A stretch of 63,807 nt of DNA, counting the filler, from Octopus bimaculoides (Eukaryota), in the NCBI RefSeq assembly GCF_001194135.2. It is 5 parts of 5 records of this genome, joined end to end, with 100 filler letters (N's around TTAATTAATTAA, not from the genome) between each part and the next. Parts side by side here need not be neighbours in the genome. Positions count along the whole stretch, not along the records: positions 1 to 30,290 come from NC_068983.1; 4 more parts are not named here. One strand, given 5' to 3'. The position numbers and the translations under genes were made by a program. The notes under the pieces were generated by a model. The model did no database searches. It saw only the letters and a program-made list of their open reading frames with translations, and was not told the origin of the DNA. Shown here one piece after another: positions 12,942-24,880 of the stretch; the stretch's first letter is position 1, and every line of letters starts with the position of its first letter.

Positions 12942-13283
12942 CAGTAGTTTTCAATCGAGGTCGATATGACTCCTTGGGATCCATGTAAGATTTTGTTGGG
13001 TCCACACAAGTAAAATAGTAAATTAGGTCCACAATGATATTTTATGGGTCCATGAAAACATTTTGCTTTGGATACTTTTGCTTTTGAAAGAAACAGCTAG
13101 GTTTCTTTCTTTGGTGTTTTACATAATTCAATCTACACAAGTGAATGAGTGATAAACGAAATAGGAATTTTTAAAGAAATATCTATAAAATCCGTTTTTA
13201 AACATCGAATGGCTATGGTGGTCCACCAGCATAGAATAGCAACCAAAGGGGTCCATAGATAAAAAAATAGTTGAGAACCCCTG
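12942..13283. mobile_element. hAT MITE (342 bp)
   Basis: Termini cagtagttttcaa / ttgagaacccctg; TSD atttaaat / atttagat (7/8, central TA); 3' half homologous to 49940-50185. Confidence 0.85.
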
Positions 13284-13384
13284 ATTTAGATAATTTAATC
13301 AACCCGGTGAGCTTGTTTCATGAGTTATAATCTCAGTTGTTAGGGAAAACAACAAACGTAGAAGTGATACAATATTGACCCTGG

Positions 13385-13630
13385 GCCAAATATTTACAGT
13401 AACTGACCTAACGAGCAAACCTAGTCTGGATGCTCGATCTACTTGAAATAGGAATAAAATCTTCTTCAAACCACAATATACCTTCTTAGAAACGAAAGCG
13501 ACATTGGATAATATAATTTTAGATAGACTATGCCTGAAAAAAAAAAGGGAAAAAAGAAAAGAAACACTTCAGGATTGTCTCGACTGGAACGGCTTTGATT
13601 TGGGTTGGCCTAGGATAAAAGACAACGAAA
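13385..13630 (+). mobile_element. SINE family C copy
   Basis: gatgctcgatctacttgaaatagg...gacattggataatataattttagatagactatgcctg...gactggaacggctttgat, shared with other family C copies. Confidence 0.55.
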
Positions 13631-13744
13631 ATACACCAGCAGCAGATCTCGTATGGCCAGTGAAGGATACGGGCACAATCTTTTAAAACCAAACCAGCAA
13701 AAAAAGTTTAATAAAAGCAACAGAAGGCAAATAAGTTGATAAAG

Positions 13745-13915
13745 CTACTCTTTCGTCCACTGCAGATATTCCACGGACGGCTGGAATAATCGGAAATCGT
13801 AGAATTTGCACGAAGTTGTCTCCTGAATACTGAGTCTTTTCAGATTTATAGTCAACCCGAATATCTTAATTGCTTTTGAGCACAGATCAACAAGGTAATA
13901 GCGTTGAAAGATAAC
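13745..13915 (-). mobile_element. Possible decayed RTE-type reverse transcriptase fragment
   Basis: LVDLCSKAIKIFGLTINLKR resembles the RTE RT motif (F..AC..FGLTINLKKT); short and degenerate. Confidence 0.35.
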
Positions 13916-14065
13916 TGTTAGACACCTCCCTGCGCACATAGACGCACACACACACACACACACACTCAGAAAATCTCTCTCCATCTCTTCTTACATACAC
14001 ATATACACCCACTTATGTCGATCATTGTAAAAATGTAAAATTTTCTAGCTGAAAATGAATATATA

Positions 14066-14822
14066 GGCGCAAGCGTAGCTGTGTGGCATGAAGCTTGCCT
14101 CCTAACAACATGGTTCCGGGTTCAGTCCCACTGCGTGATACCTTGGGCAAGTGTCTGTGTTTATCACTCCACTACCACCTGACAACCCGTGTTGGTGTGT
14201 TTTATCCTCCCCCTACCATCTGACAACCCGTGTTGGTGTGTTTGCATCTCCGTAACTTAGCGGTTCGGCAAAAGAGACTGATAGAATAAGTAACAGACTT
14301 AAAAAAGAAGTACTGGGGTCGATTTGTTCATTCGACCAAAAATTCGAGGCGATGCCCCAGCATGGTCGCAGCCTAATGACTGAAACAATTAAAAGATAAA
14401 TTATATATATATATATATGTATATATTTATATTTAGTAGCTTGCTTACCAACCACTTGGTTCCGGGTTCAGTCCCACTGCGTGGCATCTTGGGCAAGTAT
14501 CTTCTACTATAGCCTCGGGCCGACCAAAGCCTTGTCAGTGGATTTGGTAGACGGAAACTGAAAGAAGCTCGTCGTATATATGTATATATATGTGTGTGTG
14601 TATGTTTGTGTGTCTGTGTTTGTCCCCCTAGCATTGCTTGACAATCGATGCTGGTGTGTTTATGTCCCCGTCATCTAGCGGTTCGGCAAAAGAGTCCGAT
14701 AGAATAAGTACTAGGTTTACAAAGAATAAGTCCTGGGGTCGATTTGCTCAACTAAAGGCGGTGCTCTAGCATGGCCGCAGTCAAATGACTGAAACAAGTA
14801 AAAGAGTAGAAAAGAGTAAAGA
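14066..14822 (+). mobile_element. Two tandem copies of SINE family B (first internally deleted, with a 41-bp internal duplication)
   Basis: tRNA-like head tggttccgggttcagtcccactgcgtggcatcttgggcaagt, body gtagacggaaactgaaagaag, tail cagcatggccgcagtcaaatgactgaaacaagtaaaagag. Confidence 0.85.
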
Positions 14823-17800
14823 GATATAGCATGTATATATGTTTATACAATATAACACACATGCACACGCGCGCGCGCGCAACACACACACACACGTTAC
14901 AGGATTTCTGAATATAGAAAGGAGAGGAAACAGACGATAAAAGAAACAAAATCATTTATTGTTTATATGTATTAGGAAATATTTTCTTACATTTTATAAT
15001 TTTCAGATGAATTATTATTAGAGTGGTAAACATCACATATTTTCTGCTTCAGTACAATTAATCGCTGTGTGATACTGTAGGGGTGTACGATTTTAAACAC
15101 ATATCAGCAAAATGCATATGTGTAGGATATAACCCCGAAGAAGATCAGAGAAAATATTGTTCTCGTTTGAAGTATGTTATAAATAAAATATAGTTATGTG
15201 CGGGCTATCTTAATGAAATGAGGCCCAGAGAATTTTTTAATCATTTGGAATTACACCCGTACTGAGAAGAAAAGTCATTTATGGTAATGACAATTCTTGT
15301 CAAAGAAGGCAAGGACTACAGTATTAACATCAATATAATTATTGTCACAGTGTGCTGCTTAAAATTAATTAGTGCTTTGGAATCTAAATGAAAATTAGCG
15401 GTAATGACAATTTCTGTCAAGGAAGAAATGCAGTGGATTGTAACTGTGATCTTTGGTAGCTTCGGGGATAAATTTAGACAAGTTTCGGTCTCATTACACC
15501 TCCTCAGCAAAGTATGGTTGAACACTCACTTACCAGATTTAAGAACGCCTGAGATGATATAATTTTGTATGGAAATTATTCACTAATTAGGAAATTTAGA
15601 ATAATAGCACTAGAAAATGTTTCTAGGTTGCCTCATGCGTGAAGAACAGATAGTTAAGTGTAGGCTAGCACATTTAATGTAATGAGTCAAAAATAATTTA
15701 TAATGAATTTAAACTATACTCATAATGACAATAAAAGTTAAGTGTTGATAAGAATTTTAAAGATAAGATAAAGTTTGATTAACTACTCACTACTCAATGT
15801 ATATGTGTGAGTATGTGTGTGTGTGAGTGTGTGTGTGTGTGTGTGTGTGAGTGTATGTGTGTGTATATGTATGTGTGTGTATATGTATGTGTGTATCAAC
15901 TTGTAAAGAAGCTCTTTATTATTCACATTTCAATTTGCAAGTTAAATAGAAACTTAGATTTTATAAAAAATGCTCATGGTTTTAGATATTCAGAGTGGTG
16001 ACCTTCTGCATACACTTCTGAGCGTCGCGTTCACCAATTTGTAATGCAATAACTTTAACTTTCAGAAGCACCTTCTATCAAGAAAGATAACTTTAGATTT
16101 TATGTGCTTTAAAATCTATTCGAAAATTAAATCGAACATTACTTTTGGACTTGTACGCATACAAACAAGTACATACTCTATTCACAAATACAGAGAAAAA
16201 TTGACAAATACAAAACACACTGTTATTCACATATAACGAGTTAAAATGGTGTAGAATAATCTAACATGAAAAGAGGGAGCGATTAATATAGTATATGTTA
16301 CTACTATACTTAGCACGGTATGTATTTATTAGAACACAAAACATTTTAATATCTTTATTCCAGTTTCCACGAAGACAATATTCAAATAACTCGTCATCTT
16401 AGGAATTCTCATATATTGTACTGGAACATTTAAAACAGGTGGTTTTGGATAAATATATAACGGAAAATTTACTTACAAAGACAATCTACAGTTACTCATC
16501 ATTTCTTATAACATTTCCGTGGCAAAAATATTTTCTTTTATATTTTTTCTGGTAGCTCTTGTTGATTAATGACAATACTAGTTAGGTATAGACCCTGAAA
16601 ATTATGTTTAATGTGGATGGTTTTACAGGCCAGATAAAGCATGTATGAAATTTGAGTATCGGTAGCGAAAGGTACAATGACATTTTTTGATTAAATTAAC
16701 AATGTTAACCTTGAAAATGTTTTATTTCATGCATTTATTTATTTGTTAGCTTATTACTTTATGTACATGTATGATGTTTTATATATTTATTATTTTCCTT
16801 ATCAATTTTAATTTATTATGTCGGTTGTAAATGCATTTCCCGCAAATTTGATTTTTTAAACTCTTACTCTATTTTTCACTCAAACGTTCCATTTTTACTT
16901 ACTTACACATAAAACAATCTAGCGTGTCATTCTTATTGCTCAGCAGGTGTTCCATCACGTAAAACTAATTTTTCAAATTTCTATTTTCTATACTCAAAAT
17001 ATCTGAAGCGGTGAAAATTTTTTATGTATCAAATTCCCATTGACCATGCGATCAGTCTAACTCCACTATATAAACATTTTTGTTCATTTTTCAGTTAAAA
17101 AAAAAAAGAAACAAATAGAAGCGGAAATACCACTTATATGAATTTAATTCAGCATTAATGAGAAGAACAAATTCAGATTTTTCTACAACAGAAAATAAAA
17201 ATTCTTTTCATAATTATAAAAACAGTTGTGTATAGTAATGTAAGTTATTTCAGTATCTTACAGGTACTAATTTTATGAAAACTGGCGAGATGAAAGAGGA
17301 GGTCAACCTCGGCAAGATGTGAATTCTGAAACACATTAGACCGAACTAAATACTGCAAAACATTTTAGTCCGGCATCCCAATGTCTTCAATGAAAAAGTA
17401 ATAAAATAGCTAAGAAGAGCTAAAATTTGTAAAAGAGAAATAAAAAAAATCTCAATTTATTATTTGCAATGTCCCAAATATATTCATCCGTTAACGAAAC
17501 GTCTGCATTTGACAATAATTCTAAGAAATGCAATTAGACTTTTCTTAAGAAAGAAACAAATATATAAAAAACAAAGAAAAATAAATTAAGCATTTCATAA
17601 TTATTGAAAGAAATTAAGCATTTTATAATCATTGAAAGTTTAATGAAGTCATTTCCAGTATAACCAGACATGTTTCTTCAGTCTTTGTTATTCGCTAACT
17701 TAGAATTGGTAATAAACGAACATATATATTTGTTATTTGATTATTCAGCAAATTATAAATTAGCAATTAACAAGGGTTTCATTTTCATTTTGATACCACG

Positions 17801-18597
17801 TATATGCTAAAGTTGCAACATTTAACAATAAGGGAAATGAAAATGATGTTCTCTATATAATCCTTGATTGTGTCAAGATATAAAGAAATCAATTACTTTG
17901 AGATTTAGCCCTAATAAAAATATATATACATTAGAATTTGGATAGGAAATATATGATACATTATAATAGTAAAATTAACGAAATATAAAACGTTATTTTT
18001 AGTGATATCCACTTGAAGTTATGAGTTTGTTTTATTTATGTCAAACAATAAAATTTTTTGTTCAAACCTCAAGAGTTTTTAATATGTATGTATATATGAA
18101 TTATTATGCATATATATATATGTATATATNNNNNNNNNNNNNNNNNNNNNNNNNNNNNNNNNNNNNNNNNNNNNNNNNNNNNNNNNNNNNNNNNNNNNNN
18201 NNNNNNNNNNNNNNNNNNNNNNNNNNNNNNNNNNNNNNNNNNNNNNNNNNNNNNNNNNNNNNNNNNNNNNNNNNNNNNNNNNNNNNNNNNNNNNNNNNNN
18301 NNNNNNNNNNNNNNNNNNNNNNNNNNNNNNNNNNNNNNNNNNNNNNNNNNNNNNNNNNNNNNNNNNNNNNNNNNNNNNNNNNNNNNNNNNNNNNNNNNNN
18401 NNNNNNNNNNNNNNNNNNNNNNATACACACACGCACACACACACTTATGCTACAAGGAATTTGTTGATGATTCTCACCATTACATCAATGGAGTGAATTA
18501 CTAACTGATTCATAATAAATATAAACTTTACACCATGTACTGAGTACTTTTTCTTTTGTTTGTAGGCATACACACACATATATATTATATGTATATA

Positions 18598-18650
<53 letters not shown>

Positions 18651-18779
18651 TATATTATATGCGTATATATATAATATATTATATGTATATATACATTATA
18701 TGTATATATATTATATGTATCTATATGTATGTATGTATATAGAATGTGTGTGTATGTTTGTGTCTGTGCGTGTATATTA

Positions 18780-19413
18780 TTAAATATTCATAAATGCTTA
18801 TATTTCTTTTTACACTTTTAAAGAGAATTCTTTTTCTCCATATTTTTTCTTTCATCACTATCTCTCGTTTCTTTTATTATTTATATCATGTTTTATATAT
18901 TTATATTTTTGATTTTCTATTTGAGTTCACATATTTATAATTGCTATTATTTTTGTCAAAATTAAGTTCTTTTTTTTTTAAAATTATAACAATCATATTT
19001 CATTGATTTTTTTGCTTCACTAAAATAATGATATTTAAAAAGAAAGATATTAAAAATGAATATAATTAGTGCAGATGAATTCAATGAAGCAAAATAATCC
19101 ATTGTTGTTTCATAATTTCAACGTGCCATCCATTCTTCCATAGAATTATCATTGTTCTGTTTATGTGAGTATCCCATGATACAAACGACAATGATGTCTC
19201 TGTATATAATATAAATGAACATTCAATTCCATATTGCCTTTTAATTTTTTGTACTCTCCAGATTTCTCTTCGCTCCTCTTGTACGAACTTTATTTATATT
19301 TATGATATTAATCAATTGGCGTACATAATTTTTTTGTATAAACTGATTCCACCAATTTTTATTATCACTTGTAACATGAAATGCTAATTTCTTATTATTA
19401 TTGTCTGTTGAAT
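18780..19413 (-). other. Probable proximal 3' UTR of Wnt5 (3' end not defined)
   Basis: AT-rich non-coding sequence immediately after the stop codon, with several AATAAA hexamers on the minus strand (e.g. tttatt at about 19289 on plus). The true cleavage site is unknown. Confidence 0.45.
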
Positions 19414-19875
19414 TCATTTGCATACATGCACATCAACGTAATATTCACAAGTATCGCATATCACCTCGCAACACCATTCAAATTTGCAGTGACAACGTTC
19501 CGTTACTTTCTTACGGAATGAATTGTAACCTCTCCCACAGCACATTAATGCGCAGCCACCAAGGCCTTTTGATGTCCAGTCACATTCCCTTCCGACTGTT
19601 CCAAGAACGCCTGCTGCAGGGTTTGTCGTACAATAATCAGGTGAGTCGTCCAAGTAGATAATATCCTCTTTTGTAGGTTTGTTAAACTTATGATTACGTC
19701 GAACCAGCCGAGTGCCTCGGCTATTAAAATGAACTTTAGTGGCTCCATTGTATTTCTCTTTAAGTCGGTTTCCTACCGAGCGGAAATCTGGTAATGACTG
19801 CCAGCAAGTCTTCAGACTACAAGAACCAGACACACCGTGACATTTGCAGCTAACAGTAGCATGTTTGTAGATCGC
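19414..19875 (-). CDS. Wnt5: Wnt5 terminal coding exon (153 aa + TGA)
   Basis: Translation AIYKHATVSCKCHGVSGSCSLKTCW...SPDYC...CCGRGY...ERCHCKFEWCC...VCK* has the 16-Cys Wnt C-terminal pattern and the lipidated-Ser motif CKCHGVSGSC. Wnt5-type segments (SCSLKTCW, FNSRG, TERCHCKF, terminal VCK) match recalled WNT5A. The phase-0 acceptor tttatttgcag|GCG falls at the position of the last WNT5A intron. TGA at 19416-19414. Confidence 0.93.
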   Translation of the reverse strand, partial: AIYKHATVSCKCHGVSGSCSLKTCWQSLPDFRSVGNRLKEKYNGATKVHFNSRGTRLVRRNHKFNKPTKEDIIYLDDSPDYCTTNPAAGVLGTVGRECDWTSKGLGGCALMCCGRGYNSFRKKVTERCHCKFEWCCEVICDTCEYYVDVHVCK

Positions 19876-20261
19876 CTGCAAATAAATAAATAAATAGATA
19901 AATAAATGAAGCAGAATTAAAATGTGTATAAGAAATAGCAACTGCAATATATCAGGATTGTAGGGGCATTCTAAAAACATGCATATGTGTGTAGGAGTAT
20001 GTCTGCGTGTGTGTGCGCGCGCGTACATTTGTCTTTCACGAAAAGGGTTGCTGTCTGACTCCACTAAAAAGTATTGCACGAGCCTTCAATTTAATGTTAA
20101 ATTACTTATATATATATATATNNNNNNNNNNNNNNNNNNNNNNNNNNNNNNNNNNNNNNNNNNNNNNNNNNNNNNNNNNNNNNNNNNNNNNNNNNNNNNN
20201 NNNNNNNNNNNNNNNNNNNNNNNNNNNNNNNNNNNNNNNNNNNNNNNNNNNNNNNNNNNNN

Positions 20262-20333
<72 letters not shown>

Positions 20334-21907
20334 TATGAAAAACAAAATGAATGGAAAATTATACGTTCTTTAATTCGCTTAGGTGCGTTTCGGATAGAAT
20401 GGCATTTCATAATTCTGCTATGCAGAAATCATACATATTAATCGATTTCATATAAATATATATGATTTCTGCATGGCAGAATTTTGAAATGCCATTCCAT
20501 CTGAAAAACGCGTAAGAGAAATAAAGACTGCATAATTCTTCATAATTTGTGCTTTTTTCCCATACTCTTTGACTTCATCCTAAATTTATTCGCTATTTGA
20601 ATTTCGGGTTTTGAAAATTGGACGGGCAGCTGAAAATAATTTTACAGTCGATGTGGACCAATGGCTTTCACTGGACAATTTAGTGAAGTTAGATCCCTAT
20701 GGAATGCTTAAAAAATATTTGCCTGGATTTTTAATCCTTTTTCCCCTTTGTTACACACATACACACATACACACACGCGCACCCCCCACAAAGCCAAGGG
20801 ATTAAAATATATCACTCATACATATATGGAAAAATCAGATTGGTGGATTGAAACCTTTCCAGACAACAATATCGGTAGATATAATGTGAGTAGTGAAAAC
20901 AGCATTCAACAATTTATCAATTTTACAATGTCTCCACATTTTCGATGGCGAACATAGTAAACTCGGCATTTGCAAGATATCTCGTTCATGGATGGAATAT
21001 GAATGACCAGTTCTTGAAGATTTATATTTATTAGTCCGGAAAAAAACAGAACGACATAATACACTATTTTCAAGAGTTTAAAATCTGGGAAATGAATTTG
21101 AGTCGGTACGTTATGAAGTTCATATTGTATTTGAGTTAAAGGGTGGTAAAACTAAGAAAGGATTAGAAAGAAAACGTACAGGGAAGTGAAGATAAGCTAG
21201 TTCATTGATTTGGTGCATCAAGTTTAAAATAACAGAGGTCATTTAGTGAAGACGGACTAATGATAATAACTCAGGCAGAGACAATTTCTTTAGCGTTATA
21301 TAAACTTCCCTCAAAACCTCGCACATAACTACAATGTGACAAATGAGCAAAATGTCTGATTTAATCCTATTATGAATGTATTAGATTCACACCGAAGGTA
21401 AAAGTGTAAATCCCAAGACAATAAAAGTAAATAACTGTGCTGCAATTCCCAGATACTTAAACAAAGGCTGTTTTAAGGTTTTGTTTGTAAAGACAGGTCA
21501 AAGTGTGAAGAATTCAGGTACTGAGTGAATTGCAAACACACTTAATTCACGTTTCCTCAATCTGTCTATCAGTAAATAGATAATTTTAAGAATTATATTT
21601 TACTGCTATACCATTTCGAGTCTGTTGAACAGACGAATATCACGTTAACTTGCGATATTGAGATAAATTCTTCTCTTAGTTTTGAAGAAAGCAACAGTGG
21701 ATCATTCCAGCTGCTTCTCTAAATCATCATATGGTAATAATTCTTCAGCAGTACCATTGCGACCGCATAACATTTGAATTAATGAAAGCAAATATTAGAG
21801 GTTAAACAGTTATCGTATTGCAATACATGTTAAACAAAGAAATACGTCCATTTTCTTCATAGTAATGGTAGTAAAATTTTCCAGTTAATATTTCTATAAG
21901 AAACAAG

Positions 21908-22085
21908 GGAGCGAGCTGGCAGAGTCGTTAGCACGCCGGGCAAAACGCTTAACGGCATTTCGTCCGTCTTCATGTTCTGAGTTTAAAATTCCGCTAGGTC
22001 GACATTGCCTTTCATCCTTCGAGGTCGATAAAATAACTACCAGTTGAACCTCCTCCCCTGAAATTTCTGGCCTTGTGCCAAAAGT
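21908..22085 (+). mobile_element. SINE family A copy (CpG retained)
   Basis: gcgagctggcagagtcgttagcacgccgggcaaaacg... Confidence 0.8.
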
Positions 22086-23919
22086 CTAACTGGTTATCAT
22101 TAGGATTTTGTGAGCCAGAGATATTGTAATAATGTCATAAAATATAGAAATGCTAAAATGGTAATGACTACAATAGCAAATAAAATTCCTTGAATTTAGA
22201 TTTGGGGTAAATTTTGTTTATTAGAATAGAAACTGGGGCTTGAGAGCACTTCTTTATATAAAAGTTTAAGATGTATATTTCTCAAGAAACACAAATGAAT
22301 TTTCCTGGAAAAGGATGAATTGATATCGGTATTTTAGTGGTACATACTGGTGGGATTTAAACTTAAAACAAGTCGATCTTTCCTTTTGGTAATTTTGACT
22401 GCCCTACAGTTCTTAATTATTGAAAACTTATTTGAAAATAACTATAAAAATACATGGATATATTTTTATTATTGCTGTTTTGTGCATTAAAATTATATGG
22501 CAAATGCATAAACAGCAATAAGGAAATATGTTCGACGTGGTAGTACTTTAGCAAATATTGTAAAAACAATAATAAACATAATGCCTTAGAAAATTCATTC
22601 CAATAAATAAAATAGCATATTTTATTTAGCCGTCTTTGACTAATTCCAAACATTAACTATTTTTTTCGCTGAACTTAGCGCAAAACAAATATCATCTGTT
22701 TTTGTTTCTAGTTCAAACATCTGAGATGGTTATTAAAAGAAAAATAAGCTCGTATTGAATAGTAAAAGCATTGAATAGTTGAAGAATGAAGTATTCCTCA
22801 TTAGAAAAAGATCAAACAGCAACGGAAGAATGAAACATGAAACATATACGTGAATCAAGGGAAGTTGATCGTTTTCTTTCGTTTTTCTTTTTCTTTTTCT
22901 AGTACGAATAATTTTGTGCAGTTCAGTAAAATATTCTTTGAAAGAAATTGTTTAGACGTTACAAAGAATCAATATGTCGTCTTTGAAACAGAATAGTTAA
23001 TATTTTGGAAAGAATTTCCGCACCAGAAAGGGAAATAATGAAGAATAACATATGCATGTAGCTCATACTCACGTATTCATGCAGACACCCAGCCACACAC
23101 GTACACACATACCGCCGAGAGATAAACATAATTGTAGATAAGCATAATTGTCATCAGTCAAAACACCGAAGATGAATAAATATTTATATGCTACCTAACA
23201 CTTTAATTACAACTCATCAAATTATTTCATATTACAAGAAGAAGATGAAAGGAAAGTGAAGGAACTATCGACCACAGAATATACCTGTGAGATATGTTTT
23301 AGGAATCCACTGACCTTTTCATGGCTAATGCAAATTAATGTTCTTTTTATAATTAATGTTCATTTTATAAAATAACTAGCAAGTATACATCATGCTTTTG
23401 CGCTAGAAACATTAGTGATCTTCAGATCAAATATTCAATTTATTATTCGAAGCATAAATATTATTGTCTGTGGTTCAACAAGCGTGAGGGGAACTAATAT
23501 ATCTCTAATACTGTCCTGTATCGTGACAGGTCGCTGACTAGACCTAATACTTATTAAGGCCCGATATTGATTCTACTGCACGGTCTTTCTTCATAACCTC
23601 GAGTTGATTCAAACATTGTGAATGAAATAAGATGCACAAAATCTTTTAGAAGATTCGACGGATAGATCGTGCTGGTTATTCAAAGTAGCAGCTTTGTCAC
23701 AAGCTGTGTCATGCTGATTCTGATTTTGGATTGTACTAACGGTTAGGTGGCTGGAAAATACTCAAGCAGTTGTACTGTAATACAATGGGGAGATAGCTCT
23801 GTTGATAAAAAAACTGAGATGATCATTGTCAAAACTTCATAGAAGATCAATTTATTTTCTCAAAGACACTTCACAATTTATAAGTTCAGAGATTTATAAA
23901 TCTTTTCCTTGTTTTATCT

Positions 23920-24335
23920 CTCTTTTACTTGTTTCAGTCATTGGACTGCAGCCATGCTGAGACACCACCTTGAAGGGTTTAGTCGGACAAATCGATTCCA
24001 GTACTTGTAATTTTTAAAAACTTGGTACTTATTCTACCGCTCTCTTTTGCTGCACCGCTAAGTTTCGGGGATATAAACAATCTAACACCAGTTGTCAAGC
24101 GGTGTGTAAACGTAAAGACGTGTGGGGACAAACATAAGTACAACGTATACACCCATAGATACACATATACATAAAAATATATACATACACACGACAGGTT
24201 TCTTTCAGTTTCCGTCTACCAAATCCCTTCACAAGGTTTTAGTTGGCCGGGAGCTATAGTAGAGGACACGTGCGCAATGTTCCACGTAGTGGGATAGAAC
24301 CCAAAACCGTGTGAATGGGAAGCAAACTTGCCAAT
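23920..24335 (-). mobile_element. SINE family B, near full length
   Basis: Reverse complement of the 14430-14822 copy throughout. Confidence 0.85.
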
Positions 24336-24653
24336 ACAAATGCTGCAGTTTTTGTGGCTTTCTATATGTATAGATTTCAGAGTCATGAAGTCTGCAACTT
24401 ACAGTTTTACTGTCAAATTTATAGATTAATTTGTTCATTAGTTGCTTGTTCTCGGGTTTACATGCTTGTGGTGTGTTATTGATTATGAGGTTGTGGGTTT
24501 TGATGTTTTTGTAGTATATTATTAGTTTAAATTTATGATCGAGTGTGATTTACAAGGAACTATTGCAAAACAGTAAACCACACTGAACAAAACAGAATTA
24601 GATAGCTACGTGTGTGCATGCGTGCGTGTGTATGTGTGTGTATATACATACAT

Positions 24654-24719
<66 letters not shown>

Positions 24720-24761
24720 GTATATACATATGTATATATATCTGTGTATATATTATATTTG

Positions 24762-24880
<119 letters not shown>

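Noticed and set aside
13504-13686. 60-aa plus-strand ORF
   Set aside because: Overlaps a SINE family C copy; no coding support.
14066-14130. tRNA-like A/B-box sequences at SINE heads (also about 54215)
   Set aside because: They continue into SINE bodies and I could not fold a complete cloverleaf; not called as tRNA genes.
19876-20079. N-terminal 68 aa of the 221-aa ORF containing the Wnt domain
   Set aside because: Intronic read-through (CA repeats, pyrimidine tract) upstream of the cag acceptor at 19876; not part of the protein.
14430-24335. Inverted SINE B pair flanking the Wnt5 last exon (possible circRNA driver)
   Set aside because: A terminal exon has no downstream donor for back-splicing, and the left copy probably lies beyond the poly(A) site.
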